From an uncultured Spirochaetota bacterium (GTDB lineage Bacteria; Spirochaetota; Spirochaetia; SZUA-6; Fen-1364), in assembly GCA_963845535.1 (NCBI GenBank), contig CAWJSK010000019.1, positions 288,001-352,000 on the forward strand: a stretch of DNA of 64,000 bases, written 5' to 3'. A model generated the notes under the pieces. That model made no database searches. It saw only the letters and a program-made list of their open reading frames with translations, and was not told the DNA's origin. Positions 10,107 through 18,718 of this stretch are shown here, piece after piece; the first letter of the stretch is position 1, and every line of letters starts with the position of its first letter. Both the position numbers and the translations under genes were made by a program.

Positions 10107-11561
10107 ATGCTTACGTGGGAGTCCCTCAACGCGCGCGCAGTCCCCGAGTGGTTCCAGGATGCCAAGCTCGGCGTCCAGGTGCTCTGGGGACCATACTCGG
10201 TTCCCGCGTGGGCCCCTCTTTCGGGAAACCATGCGACCCTGCTTGCGGAGGACGGCTGGGAGCACCTGCTTGCCAACGACCCCCGGTCGGAGTGGTATGC
10301 CAACGGGATGCACATTTCGGGAAGCCCCACCATCGAGCACCATCGTTCAGCCTGGGGACGGCTGTCCCGCTACGAGTCCTTCGGACGGTTGTTCCGCCAG
10401 GGCTTGAAGGCCTGGGAGCCCGGCCCCTGCATCGAGTCTCTTGCGGCATCCGGGGCGCGCTATCTCATCTTCTGCGCCAAGCACCATGACGGCTTCCTCC
10501 TGTGGCCCAGCCGCAGGAGAAACCCCAAACGCCGGGAATGGCAGACCGCCATGGACGTCGTGGGGGCGTTCGCGGAGATCGCGCGCGGGCTCGGCATGAG
10601 GTTCGGCGTCTCCTATTCGGGAGGCCTTGACTGGTCCTTTGACGGCCTCCCCATGAGGACCCTGGATGACCTGCTGGAGGCCATTCCGACCACGAAGATT
10701 TACGCCTCGTACGTCGACGCTCACCTGCGCGAGCTGATTACGCGCTACAGCCCTTCCATTCTCTGGAACGACGTATGCTCTCCGGCCCGGCAGGACCTCC
10801 TGTCCCTCCTGGAGTTCTATTATGAGTCCGTGCCGGACGGCGTCATCAATGACAGGTTCGGACAGTTCGACCCGGAGGAGGGCACGGGCCTGGGGCGCCG
10901 GCTGATCGAGACCCTTCAGCACGTCCTGCCTTTCAAGAAGAAGCATCCTTCGGCGCATGCCTCAGCCGCGCCGACCCCGCGGCACTTCGATTTTGCAACA
11001 ACCGAGAACGGAGGCCCGCCCGCTGACGACGAGCGGATGTGGGAGAGGGTGCGGCCCGTGGGCTTTTCCCCCGCCTGCAACTCCGCTGAAACGGAGGAGT
11101 CCCTGCTCTCCGTCAGCAGCCTGGTGCATCTCCTTGTGGACACGGTGGCCCATGGAGGCAACCTGCTCCTTTCCCTGGGCCCCGCCGCTTCCGGACAGGT
11201 ATCGGAAGCCGTTGCCGCCCGGCTGCGCGGCCTGGGGGACTGGCTGAAGCGCAACGGGGAGGCCATCTATTCCTCCCGGCGTTGGGAGGTCTCGGAGGCA
11301 GTCACGGACGAAGGGATCGAAGTCCGCTATACGCGAAAGGGAATGACGGTGTACGCCATTCTCCTCGGGACTCCCACGGGCAGGGCCATCCTTCTTCCTT
11401 CGGTGCGGTTCCTGCCGTACGCAAGCATCCGTATCCTGGGTTCCATAAGCCATGCCTCCTGGTTCCAGGAGGGTAGGGACGTCCAGGTGCGGCTTTCCGA
11501 GCCGCTGAAAGAGTCCCCGGCTCACGTGATCAGCATCACGCCGGCGCCGCGACTGGGCTGA
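10107..11561 (+). CDS. GH29 alpha-L-fucosidase-like protein, divergent; start uncertain
   Basis: PEWFQDAK, WGPYSVP, KHHDGF, GGLDW, LWND nucleophile motif, NDRF, GGNLLL and WLKRNGEAIY. Confidence 0.82.
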   Translation: MLTWESLNARAVPEWFQDAKLGVQVLWGPYSVPAWAPLSGNHATLLAEDGWEHLLANDPRSEWYANGMHISGSPTIEHHRSAWGRLSRYESFGRLFRQGLKAWEPGPCIESLAASGARYLIFCAKHHDGFLLWPSRRRNPKRREWQTAMDVVGAFAEIARGLGMRFGVSYSGGLDWSFDGLPMRTLDDLLEAIPTTKIYASYVDAHLRELITRYSPSILWNDVCSPARQDLLSLLEFYYESVPDGVINDRFGQFDPEEGTGLGRRLIETLQHVLPFKKKHPSAHASAAPTPRHFDFATTENGGPPADDERMWERVRPVGFSPACNSAETEESLLSVSSLVHLLVDTVAHGGNLLLSLGPAASGQVSEAVAARLRGLGDWLKRNGEAIYSSRRWEVSEAVTDEGIEVRYTRKGMTVYAILLGTPTGRAILLPSVRFLPYASIRILGSISHASWFQEGRDVQVRLSEPLKESPAHVISITPAPRLG

Positions 11562-11593
11562 CCAACGGGCGGCCAGGACCGGGCGCCGTCACG

Positions 11594-13018
11594 TCAAAGC
11601 CCCTGGAGCGTCTCCCCCATCTCGGCGCAACTGGTGGAAAAAATGCCGTACAGCTCGTCATAGAGGCCAATGGTCTCCGGATTCGGCATATAGGTCTTCT
11701 GGAAGCGCACCATCCCGTCACAGGCCGCGGTCAGGCTGTCATAATCCCCCAAGGCGTAAAACCCGACGCACGCGTTGCCCACGAGATCCGAATCCTCCTG
11801 GTCCGGGAGGAGCACATTTTTGCCCGTGATGTCCGCGCGGACCTGGCACCACAGCGGCTGTCGGGCCTGGCCCCCGGAGGCGCGAATGTCCGTGACCTTG
11901 CAGCCGTTTGCTTCCATGGCCGCGATGATGCCGCGCACGGCGAACCCCGTGGATTCCACGACGGCGCGCATCATTTCCTTGCGGCCGTGCTCCAGCGAAA
12001 GCCCGAGGAAGGCCCCTTTCAGGCGCTTGTCCCAGAGGGGGAAGCGTTCGGTGGACAGGAAGGGCAGAAAGAGAAGCCGGCGGGCGCCGGGGGGCGCCGC
12101 TTGCGCCTCCTTCCACAGTGCCGGGAAATCGATGCCCTGCCTGCCAAGAGTGCGCGCCGCCCAGTCGATGGCCAGCCCGGAGGATGAGAGCATGGCCGAC
12201 ACATTGTATTTTCCCCGGACGATGTGGGGAAAACAGAGAAGCCGCGTGTCGCGCACCGGAGCGGACCAGCACAGGTTGATCCCCTCCGATGTGCCGGCCC
12301 GGTCGCACGCGCGGCCGCCCGAGACCGCCGCCGTCCCGAGGATGGACATCAGGTAGTCGGGCCCGCCAGCAATGACCGGGATGCCGGCGGGGACGCCGAG
12401 GGTCTCCTCCGCGCGCTGTGTCACCGTCCCGATGATCTCCCCCGGCTCCATGTACGGCGGAAACTTGTCCGCATCCATGCGCAGCGGCTGGATGGCCTCC
12501 TCGTTCCAGAAGAACTCCTTGAAAAGAGGCGTGGGGATGATGCGCGAGGCGTTCCCGGAGAGGAAGAAGCAGATGTATTCCGCGCAGGCCAGGAAATGGC
12601 GGGTTTGAGCGTACAGCTCGGGTCTGCGCCTCATGATCCACAGAGCTTTGGGAAGATAGAACGAGGCGTCCAGCGGCGTGTCGCTGTATTCCGCAATCAG
12701 GTCCGCCTCTTCCTGCGCCCGCCGGTCCATCCACGTCATGGCCATGTCCAGCGGCTCCCCATCTGCATTCACGGCAACCAGGGTGGGGCCGTTCGCGCTC
12801 ACGACCACTCCCCGGATGCGCCCCTTTTCCCGGAGCGCCAGCTCCGCCGTGACGATTGCAAGCCCGGCAAGCCAGTCGTCCGGGTCCGCTTCCCGATGGG
12901 TCGGATCCACGCTTTCCCGCATCCGAACGGGGATCTGGGCTCTGCTCACGATTTTCCCGCTGGAGGTCACCACGGCGCCTTTCAAGTGTGAGGTGCCGAT
13001 GTCATAAGCCAGCATCAT
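11594..13018 (-). CDS. FGGY-family carbohydrate kinase (xylulokinase-like)
   Basis: DIGTSHLK, WMDRRA, AGGPD, GTS, LFLPFL.TERFP and SGG...QVRADITG. Confidence 0.88.
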   Translation of the reverse strand: MMLAYDIGTSHLKGAVVTSSGKIVSRAQIPVRMRESVDPTHREADPDDWLAGLAIVTAELALREKGRIRGVVVSANGPTLVAVNADGEPLDMAMTWMDRRAQEEADLIAEYSDTPLDASFYLPKALWIMRRRPELYAQTRHFLACAEYICFFLSGNASRIIPTPLFKEFFWNEEAIQPLRMDADKFPPYMEPGEIIGTVTQRAEETLGVPAGIPVIAGGPDYLMSILGTAAVSGGRACDRAGTSEGINLCWSAPVRDTRLLCFPHIVRGKYNVSAMLSSSGLAIDWAARTLGRQGIDFPALWKEAQAAPPGARRLLFLPFLSTERFPLWDKRLKGAFLGLSLEHGRKEMMRAVVESTGFAVRGIIAAMEANGCKVTDIRASGGQARQPLWCQVRADITGKNVLLPDQEDSDLVGNACVGFYALGDYDSLTAACDGMVRFQKTYMPNPETIGLYDELYGIFSTSCAEMGETLQGL

Positions 13019-13056
13019 AGTGCGCGAATCATACCACAGCGTTGTGCCCGGGTGCC

Positions 13057-13084
13057 TTGACTTTTTTGGCCGATTTCCTAAAAT
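13057..13084 (+). promoter_or_regulatory. Putative sigma70 promoter of the riboswitch/ABC operon
   Basis: TTGACT-N16-TAAAAT, 9 nt before the riboswitch P1. Confidence 0.6.
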
Positions 13085-13093
13085 TCCAATCAG

Positions 13094-13231
13094 CCTTTTC
13101 TTCGAGGCAGGGAGTATTTCCCGACCGGCGGTCACAGCCCGCAAACCCTGGAGCCATTCCACAGCGAGCATCCAGGGGGGAAACGGCGCAATTCCGTTGC
13201 CGACAGTACAGTCTGGATGGGAGAAGGAAGG
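13094..13231 (+). ncRNA. FMN (RFN)-class riboswitch, variant aptamer
   Basis: Ordered RFN blocks TCTTCGAGGCAGGG, TTCCCGACCGGCGGT, AGCCCGC, P4 CCCTGGA/TCCAGGG, P5 AACGG/CCGTT, GCCGACAGTACAGTCTGGATGGGAGAAG; P1 CCTTTTCTTC pairs with GAAGGAAGG. Confidence 0.93.
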
Positions 13232-13235
13232 ATGA

Positions 13236-14819
13236 ATGAACGCTGACCTGACCATTGAGGCATCAGGCCTCTCTTTCGGCTTCAAGAACAAGCTCGTCAT
13301 AGACTCCATTTCGTTCTCCGTGGAGCGTGAGCAGTTCGTCACGTTCCTGGGGCCGTCCGGCTGCGGGAAGACCACCCTGCTCAACCTCATTGCAGGCATC
13401 TACCGGCCCGTGGCGGGGTCCCTGACGGTCGACTCGCAAAGGATCTCCTTCGTTTTCCAGAACGACACTCTTCTTCCCTGGCGGAACGCCCTGGGGAACG
13501 TCCTGCTCCCGTTCGAGCTGCGCGGAGAGCCGGTCACGGCCCAGATCCGCCAGCGGGCCCTCGAGATGCTCGACCAGCTCGGGCTGTTCGGCGCGGAGAC
13601 GGCCGCGCCGTCGGAACTTTCCGGGGGAATGAAGAAGAGGGTCGAGCTTGCCCGCGCGCTCGTGACAGAGCCGGACCTCCTCATCCTGGACGAACCTTTC
13701 TCCTCCCTGGACATCATCACAAGGGAGAAGCTGAACATCCTCTTTCGTTCCATCCACCGCTCCACGCGCGGAAGCGTGGTCATGGTGACGCATTCGGTGG
13801 AGGAAGCCTGCTACCTGTCGGACAAGATATACGTCCTTTCGTCGCTGCCCGCTCAGATCATCAACGTCAGGGAGCTGGGGAAGAACGGGGACACGCCGCC
13901 GGACCAGTACCTGCTCTCCGTACCCGAGCGGGACGCGGCGCGGGACATCCGCAAGGAGGCCAAGGTCCTCTGGACGGCGCTGCAGGAGCCGCCTCGGGAC
14001 GCCGGTGAGAACGGTTCGGGGGAAACGGCCCCGCACCATGGGACCAGACGGGGCCTTCTGGCTGCGGTGCAGAGGCATTGGGGCAGCGCACTCATCCCGG
14101 TGGAGCTGGTCGCGCTATACTTCCTCATAATACTTCTGAAGACGAAGCTCGCGGTTCCCGACTACATCCTGCCGCATCCTGCCGGGATCCTCTCCCGGTT
14201 TTTCATTACGTTATGGCAGGGGACGATCCTTGCGGACCTGGGAGCCACCGTTTACGAGTCTCTGGCGGGTTTCTTCATTGCGTTCGCCCTCACGCTCGTC
14301 CTTGGGTACTGGATTGCCAAGTCACGGATACTTTCCCGGCTTCTCATGCCGTACCTCATCGCGTTCAACACCATTCCTACCATCGCACTTGCCCCGTTCC
14401 TCGTGCTGTGGTTCGGCTTCGGATACACGCCGCGCATCGTCACGTCGGTGATCGTCATCTTCTTCCCCATGTTGATCACGAACATCTCGGCGACACGGGC
14501 CGCGGAAAAGAGCATGAGCCAGCTCATAGCGTTCTTTCAGCCCCCGCGCCTCAGGCGCTTCGCGTACTTCGAGCTCCCGGCGGCGCTCCCCATGATTGCA
14601 AGCGGGGTGAAGGTCTCCATAACGCTCTCGGTGATCGGCGCCGTGGTTGGGGAGTTCGTCTCGGGGAGCAAGGGGCTGGGGAGCCTCGTGAACGTGGCCA
14701 AGGGCAACTTCGACACTGAGCTGATGTTCGTCGGCCTCTTGTGGCTGGTGATCCTTGGCCTCGTGTATTACGCGGCGGCCACGCTCGTGACCAGGCTCGT
14801 TGCCGGGAGGCTCAGGTAG
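13236..14819 (+). CDS. Fused ABC ATPase + permease, NitT/TauT family; putative riboflavin/flavin importer (RibX-like permease)
   Basis: GPSGCGKT, LSGGM and LLILDEPF followed in frame by TM helices with ELPAALPMIASGVKVSITLSVIGAVVGE; under an FMN-class riboswitch. Confidence 0.85.
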   Translation: MNADLTIEASGLSFGFKNKLVIDSISFSVEREQFVTFLGPSGCGKTTLLNLIAGIYRPVAGSLTVDSQRISFVFQNDTLLPWRNALGNVLLPFELRGEPVTAQIRQRALEMLDQLGLFGAETAAPSELSGGMKKRVELARALVTEPDLLILDEPFSSLDIITREKLNILFRSIHRSTRGSVVMVTHSVEEACYLSDKIYVLSSLPAQIINVRELGKNGDTPPDQYLLSVPERDAARDIRKEAKVLWTALQEPPRDAGENGSGETAPHHGTRRGLLAAVQRHWGSALIPVELVALYFLIILLKTKLAVPDYILPHPAGILSRFFITLWQGTILADLGATVYESLAGFFIAFALTLVLGYWIAKSRILSRLLMPYLIAFNTIPTIALAPFLVLWFGFGYTPRIVTSVIVIFFPMLITNISATRAAEKSMSQLIAFFQPPRLRRFAYFELPAALPMIASGVKVSITLSVIGAVVGEFVSGSKGLGSLVNVAKGNFDTELMFVGLLWLVILGLVYYAAATLVTRLVAGRLR

Positions 14820-14841
14820 GAGAAGGACAGGAGGATTGCGC

Positions 14842-15804
14842 ATGCGGCGACTGACGGCTTTCGCGTTCATTGCCATCATGATGGGAATCACGGCGCTCAC
14901 CGGCGCCTCGGCGCAGGAAAAGGGCCTGCAGAAAGTGCGGCTGGCAATCGGCTACATACCGCACGTCCAGTTCACTCCGCTGTACGTGGGAGTGGCAAAG
15001 GGCTTCTACCGTGAGGAAGGGATCGACCTGCAGCTCAACTTCGGCTTCGAGTACGACATCTTCTCTCTCCTCGCGGCCGCACGGATCGACGTCGGCCTGA
15101 CGGATTCCGACCAGCTTATCCTGGCCGGCGCAAAGAACATGGGCCTCCAGGCGATATTCCAGTACTATCAGAAATACCCCATTGCCATCATAGCGCGCGC
15201 GGATACGGTGAAGGAGCCCGCTGATCTCAAGGGGAAAGTGATCGGGACCCCTGATCTCTCGGGGGCGTCCTGGATCGGGCTGGAGATATTTCTCCATCAC
15301 TACGGCCTGACGGGCGCCGTGCGCGTGGAGAAGGTCGGCTACACCCAGGAGGCCGCGCTGCGCAGCGGGAAGGCGGACGCCGTAGTCTGTTTCTACAACA
15401 ACGAGCCCATCGAGCTTCGAGCGGAGAAAGTGCCATTTCGCGAGTGGGACGTGAAGGACATCACCGACATGGTGAGCGCGTCTTTCATCAGCTCACAGGC
15501 AATCATAGCGTCCCGCGGGGACGTTCTTGCGGCGTTCGCCAGGGCGACGCGCAAAGCAATGGCGTACACGGAAGACCATCGGGACGAAGCCCTTCAGATC
15601 GCGCTTGCCGCGATTGGAAACATCCAGAAGCAGGACGAGGGGTTGTTCCGCCAGAGGCTCGACGCGACCTGCGAGCTTTTCATCCACCCGAAGGGATACG
15701 GATACCTCGACCTGGACCGGTACAACCGCTCCATTGCCGAGCTTGCGGCACTGGGCCTCATTCCGTCCGTGTACCCAGCACAGAGGATTGTGAAGGTATT
15801 CTGA
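14842..15804 (+). CDS. NMT1/THI5-like substrate-binding protein, RibY-like
   Basis: Signal peptide, GYIPHVQFTPLYV..AKGFY.EEGID, PADLKGKVIG and YNNEP; RBS AGGAGG. Confidence 0.82.
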   Translation: MRRLTAFAFIAIMMGITALTGASAQEKGLQKVRLAIGYIPHVQFTPLYVGVAKGFYREEGIDLQLNFGFEYDIFSLLAAARIDVGLTDSDQLILAGAKNMGLQAIFQYYQKYPIAIIARADTVKEPADLKGKVIGTPDLSGASWIGLEIFLHHYGLTGAVRVEKVGYTQEAALRSGKADAVVCFYNNEPIELRAEKVPFREWDVKDITDMVSASFISSQAIIASRGDVLAAFARATRKAMAYTEDHRDEALQIALAAIGNIQKQDEGLFRQRLDATCELFIHPKGYGYLDLDRYNRSIAELAALGLIPSVYPAQRIVKVF

Positions 15805-15828
15805 GCCCGGGGAGGGACGCAGGCGGCT

Positions 15829-15858
15829 GAGTGGGGAGGGGCCGGGACCCTCCCGCTC
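15829..15858. terminator. GC-rich hairpin between convergent genes
   Basis: GAGTGGGGAGGG...CCCTCCCGCTC; no U-tract. Confidence 0.35.
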
Positions 15859-15892
15859 TATCCAGCGCCGCGCGAAGCGCGATATCGGCTGA

Positions 15893-16489
15893 TCAGCCGG
15901 CCTTCCTGGCTTCCCGGATATTCTCTCCCAGGATGTTTGCGCCGGCAAGAACGCCCACCGAGGCCGCAACCTTCAGCGCGTCTCCGACGAGAAACGGCAT
16001 GAATCCCAGGATGAGCGCCCGCTGGATGCCCAGGGACACACTGAGCCAGGCCACGCCGGTGACGTAGGGAACGAGGTGTCCGACGATCAGGACAAAAAGC
16101 GCGCCGAACAGCGTGGATGCGAGGCGTCGTTCGACAAAGAAGCCCACGAGCCAGGCCGCTGCCACGAATCCCACCAGGTAGCCGCCCGTGGGACCAAGGA
16201 GGTGGGCGAAACCCGCCCTTCCGAGGGAGAAGACGGGAAGGCCCGCAAGCCCTTCGGCCAGGTAGGCAAGGATTGCGGCGGCGCCGCGCCTGCTCCCCAG
16301 GAGCGCCCCCGTGAGGACGACGGCGAACGTCTGCAGCGTGACGGGAACCGGGGTGAAGGGCAGAGGTATGGAAACCTGCGCCGAAACCGCTATGATGAGG
16401 GAAAATCCGGCAACCAGGCAAACGTCGTAGATGCGGGCCGGGACGCGGGACATGGGCCTGAGGGCCGAGGCAAGAACGGGGGAAGACAT
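15893..16489 (-). CDS. bioY: Biotin transporter BioY (ECF S component)
   Basis: PVPVTLQT, LLGSRRG, GLPVFS, GPTGGYLVGF and PFLVGDALK; RBS AGGAGG. Confidence 0.93.
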   Translation of the reverse strand: MSSPVLASALRPMSRVPARIYDVCLVAGFSLIIAVSAQVSIPLPFTPVPVTLQTFAVVLTGALLGSRRGAAAILAYLAEGLAGLPVFSLGRAGFAHLLGPTGGYLVGFVAAAWLVGFFVERRLASTLFGALFVLIVGHLVPYVTGVAWLSVSLGIQRALILGFMPFLVGDALKVAASVGVLAGANILGENIREARKAG

Positions 16490-16572
16490 CTGAACCTCCT
16501 CCTTCACGAAGTGTCACATGCTGTCGCGAGACACGCGAGACGAGAGACGCGAGGATAGGAGAAAACGGATTT

Positions 16573-17454
16573 ATGATCAAGCCTCTGGAAGAGATGCTTC
16601 AGTCCGGAAAGCTCATCGTGCTTGACGGCGCAATGGGAACTGAGCTCGACAAGCGCGGGTTCCCGGGCCGCGGGGAGTGCAACCTCACCGCCCCCGAGGC
16701 CGTGATCCAGGTCCACAAAGATTACCTGGCAGCCGGCGCCACTGCCATCATCACGAACACGCTGACGATGAACAGGATCTTCATCGAGTCGCACAAGCTC
16801 GACATCGACGTTGCCGGCATCAACCTCGCGGGGGCACGGCTGGCCCGGGAGGCCGCGGGCGGGAACGTCGGGGATGTCCAGGTGCTCGGCAATCTCAGCT
16901 CGACCGGGCAGCTCCTTGAGCCGTACGGGGACGTCCCGGAGAAGGCGGCGCTGGAATCTTTTATGGAGCAGGCCCGGCTGCTTCACGAGGGCGGAGTGGA
17001 CGGCTTCATCATCGAAACCATGATCGACCTGCGGGAGGCCGCCTGCGCGCTCGCGGCGTGCAGGGCGGTATCCACGCTGCCCGTCATCGTCTGTATAGCC
17101 TATGAGACGGAGAAGAACGGCGGCAGGACCGTCATGGGCAATTCCGCTGCGGAATGCGCCCGTGTCCTGGCGGATGGAGGGGCAAGCGCCATTGGCGCCA
17201 ATTGCGGCGGCGTTGACCCGGAAGGGATGGCGGAGATCGTGGCCACGCTTGCGCAGGCTTCCCGGCTGCCCGTGGCGGCTGAGCCGAACGCGGGCAAGCC
17301 CAGACTGGCGGGCGGTGTCACCGTGTTCGACATGGATGCGGCGGCGTTTGCTTCCGGAGTGGCTTCTTGCCTGAAGGCAGGGGGGCGGATCCTGGGGGGC
17401 TGCTGCGGGACCACCCCCGCGCACATCCGCGCCCTCAGCGCGCGTATTTCCTAG
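16573..17454 (+). CDS. Stand-alone homocysteine S-methyltransferase domain (MetH N-terminal-like)
   Basis: LDGAMGTEL, HKDYLAAGA, IETM, GANC, PNAGKP and GGCCGTTP zinc ligands. Confidence 0.9.
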   Translation: MIKPLEEMLQSGKLIVLDGAMGTELDKRGFPGRGECNLTAPEAVIQVHKDYLAAGATAIITNTLTMNRIFIESHKLDIDVAGINLAGARLAREAAGGNVGDVQVLGNLSSTGQLLEPYGDVPEKAALESFMEQARLLHEGGVDGFIIETMIDLREAACALAACRAVSTLPVIVCIAYETEKNGGRTVMGNSAAECARVLADGGASAIGANCGGVDPEGMAEIVATLAQASRLPVAAEPNAGKPRLAGGVTVFDMDAAAFASGVASCLKAGGRILGGCCGTTPAHIRALSARIS

Positions 17455-18718
17455 CCGCGGCAACGAGCCCGGCCGCGGCCTTCTCCACGTCCAGGTCGCA
17501 GACGAAAACTGAGACCACGTCCTGGATCTGATTGACCCAGCCTTCGGCTGCCGCGGCGCCGTGCGTGAGGCTGGGCACGATGGTGTCCGACCTGAAGGAA
17601 TCCATGGCGGACTGGAGGTAGACGTCGTAGAGCGCGCGGTCGCAGTCGGTTCGGGAAGGGATGGAGCCCTTTTTCGGGTTGAACGCGTCCTGGCCCTCCC
17701 GTGAGGCGCACATCGTGAGCCACTTCACCGCGGCGTCGCGGTCAGGCGCTCCCCGCGGCAGGCCGAAGGAATCCGAAAGCATGATGAAGGATCCCTTGGT
17801 GCCGGGGAAGGGGACCCAGCCGAACTCCTTGTTCGGCGTGAACCCCCGTGCCTTGAAGTAGCCCTCCGCCCAGTCCCCCATCACCGTCATGGCGCACTTT
17901 CCGTCAATGACGTACTGCGCCGCCGCATCCCAGCTCAGCGTTGCGTGGTCCGTGTTCGCATAGCGCAGGAGAGTGGCAAAGCGTGAGAGCGCCGTCCGCA
18001 GCTCCCCGCCGTCCCACGCCGTGGAACCCGTCCAGAGGCCCTTGTACCGGGCCGGGCCCATGGTGGCAAGGAGCACGTTCTCCAACAGGTGGACGGATGC
18101 CCATATGCCGTTGTCTCCGAGGGCAAGGGGCGTGATGCCTTTGCCGGCAAGGGAGTCGCAGACTTTCACGAGCTGCTCGAAGCTCGTCGGGGGGACGAGC
18201 CCGTTGTCCGTGAATATCTTCTTGTTGTACCACAGCACGTTCGAGCGGTGGATGTTCACGGGGACGCTGTAAATCTCTCCCTTCCACGAGATGATGTCGA
18301 TGAGGTCCCGGGGGAACGCATTGAGCCAGCCGTTGTCCTTGAACACGAACGTGATGGGCTCCATTTTTCCCTGGACCACCCAGGAATCGATCAGCTCGTG
18401 GCCGGCGTGGACCTGGAACGAGTCAGGCGGGTTGCCGCCCCGCATCCGGGTGTCGAGCACCGCTTTGGCGTTGGAGCCGGCGCCGCCGGCAACCGTGGCG
18501 TTGATGATCTGCACGGTGGGATATTTCGCCCGGTAGATGTCGAACATGGCCGCGAGGCCTTCGGCTTCACCGCCGGCGGTCCACCAGCTGAAGATTTCCA
18601 GCTTCGGGTCCTTCACCTCGGGCCTGCCTCCGGCGTGGACGAGCGCGGGGGCGGCAAGGATCATCGTGAACGCCGCGGCCAGGACGAGCGGCGGGCGGGG
18701 ACGGGGCTTAGAAACCAT
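17435..18718 (-). CDS. Carbohydrate (glucose-type) ABC substrate-binding protein with no adjacent permease
   Basis: EIFSWWTAGGE, VAGGAG, PPDSFQVHAG, VPVNIHRSN, MGDWAEG and FNPKKGSIP. Confidence 0.88.
   Translation of the reverse strand: MVSKPRPRPPLVLAAAFTMILAAPALVHAGGRPEVKDPKLEIFSWWTAGGEAEGLAAMFDIYRAKYPTVQIINATVAGGAGSNAKAVLDTRMRGGNPPDSFQVHAGHELIDSWVVQGKMEPITFVFKDNGWLNAFPRDLIDIISWKGEIYSVPVNIHRSNVLWYNKKIFTDNGLVPPTSFEQLVKVCDSLAGKGITPLALGDNGIWASVHLLENVLLATMGPARYKGLWTGSTAWDGGELRTALSRFATLLRYANTDHATLSWDAAAQYVIDGKCAMTVMGDWAEGYFKARGFTPNKEFGWVPFPGTKGSFIMLSDSFGLPRGAPDRDAAVKWLTMCASREGQDAFNPKKGSIPSRTDCDRALYDVYLQSAMDSFRSDTIVPSLTHGAAAAEGWVNQIQDVVSVFVCDLDVEKAAAGLVAAARKYAR

Noticed and set aside
13019..13399. 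N-terminal extension of the FGGY kinase ORF
   Set aside because: Antisense to the riboswitch and ABC gene; the DIGTS motif marks the true start
17435..17454. 20-nt overlap of convergent 3' ends
   Set aside because: Common in compact GC-rich genomes; no further signal
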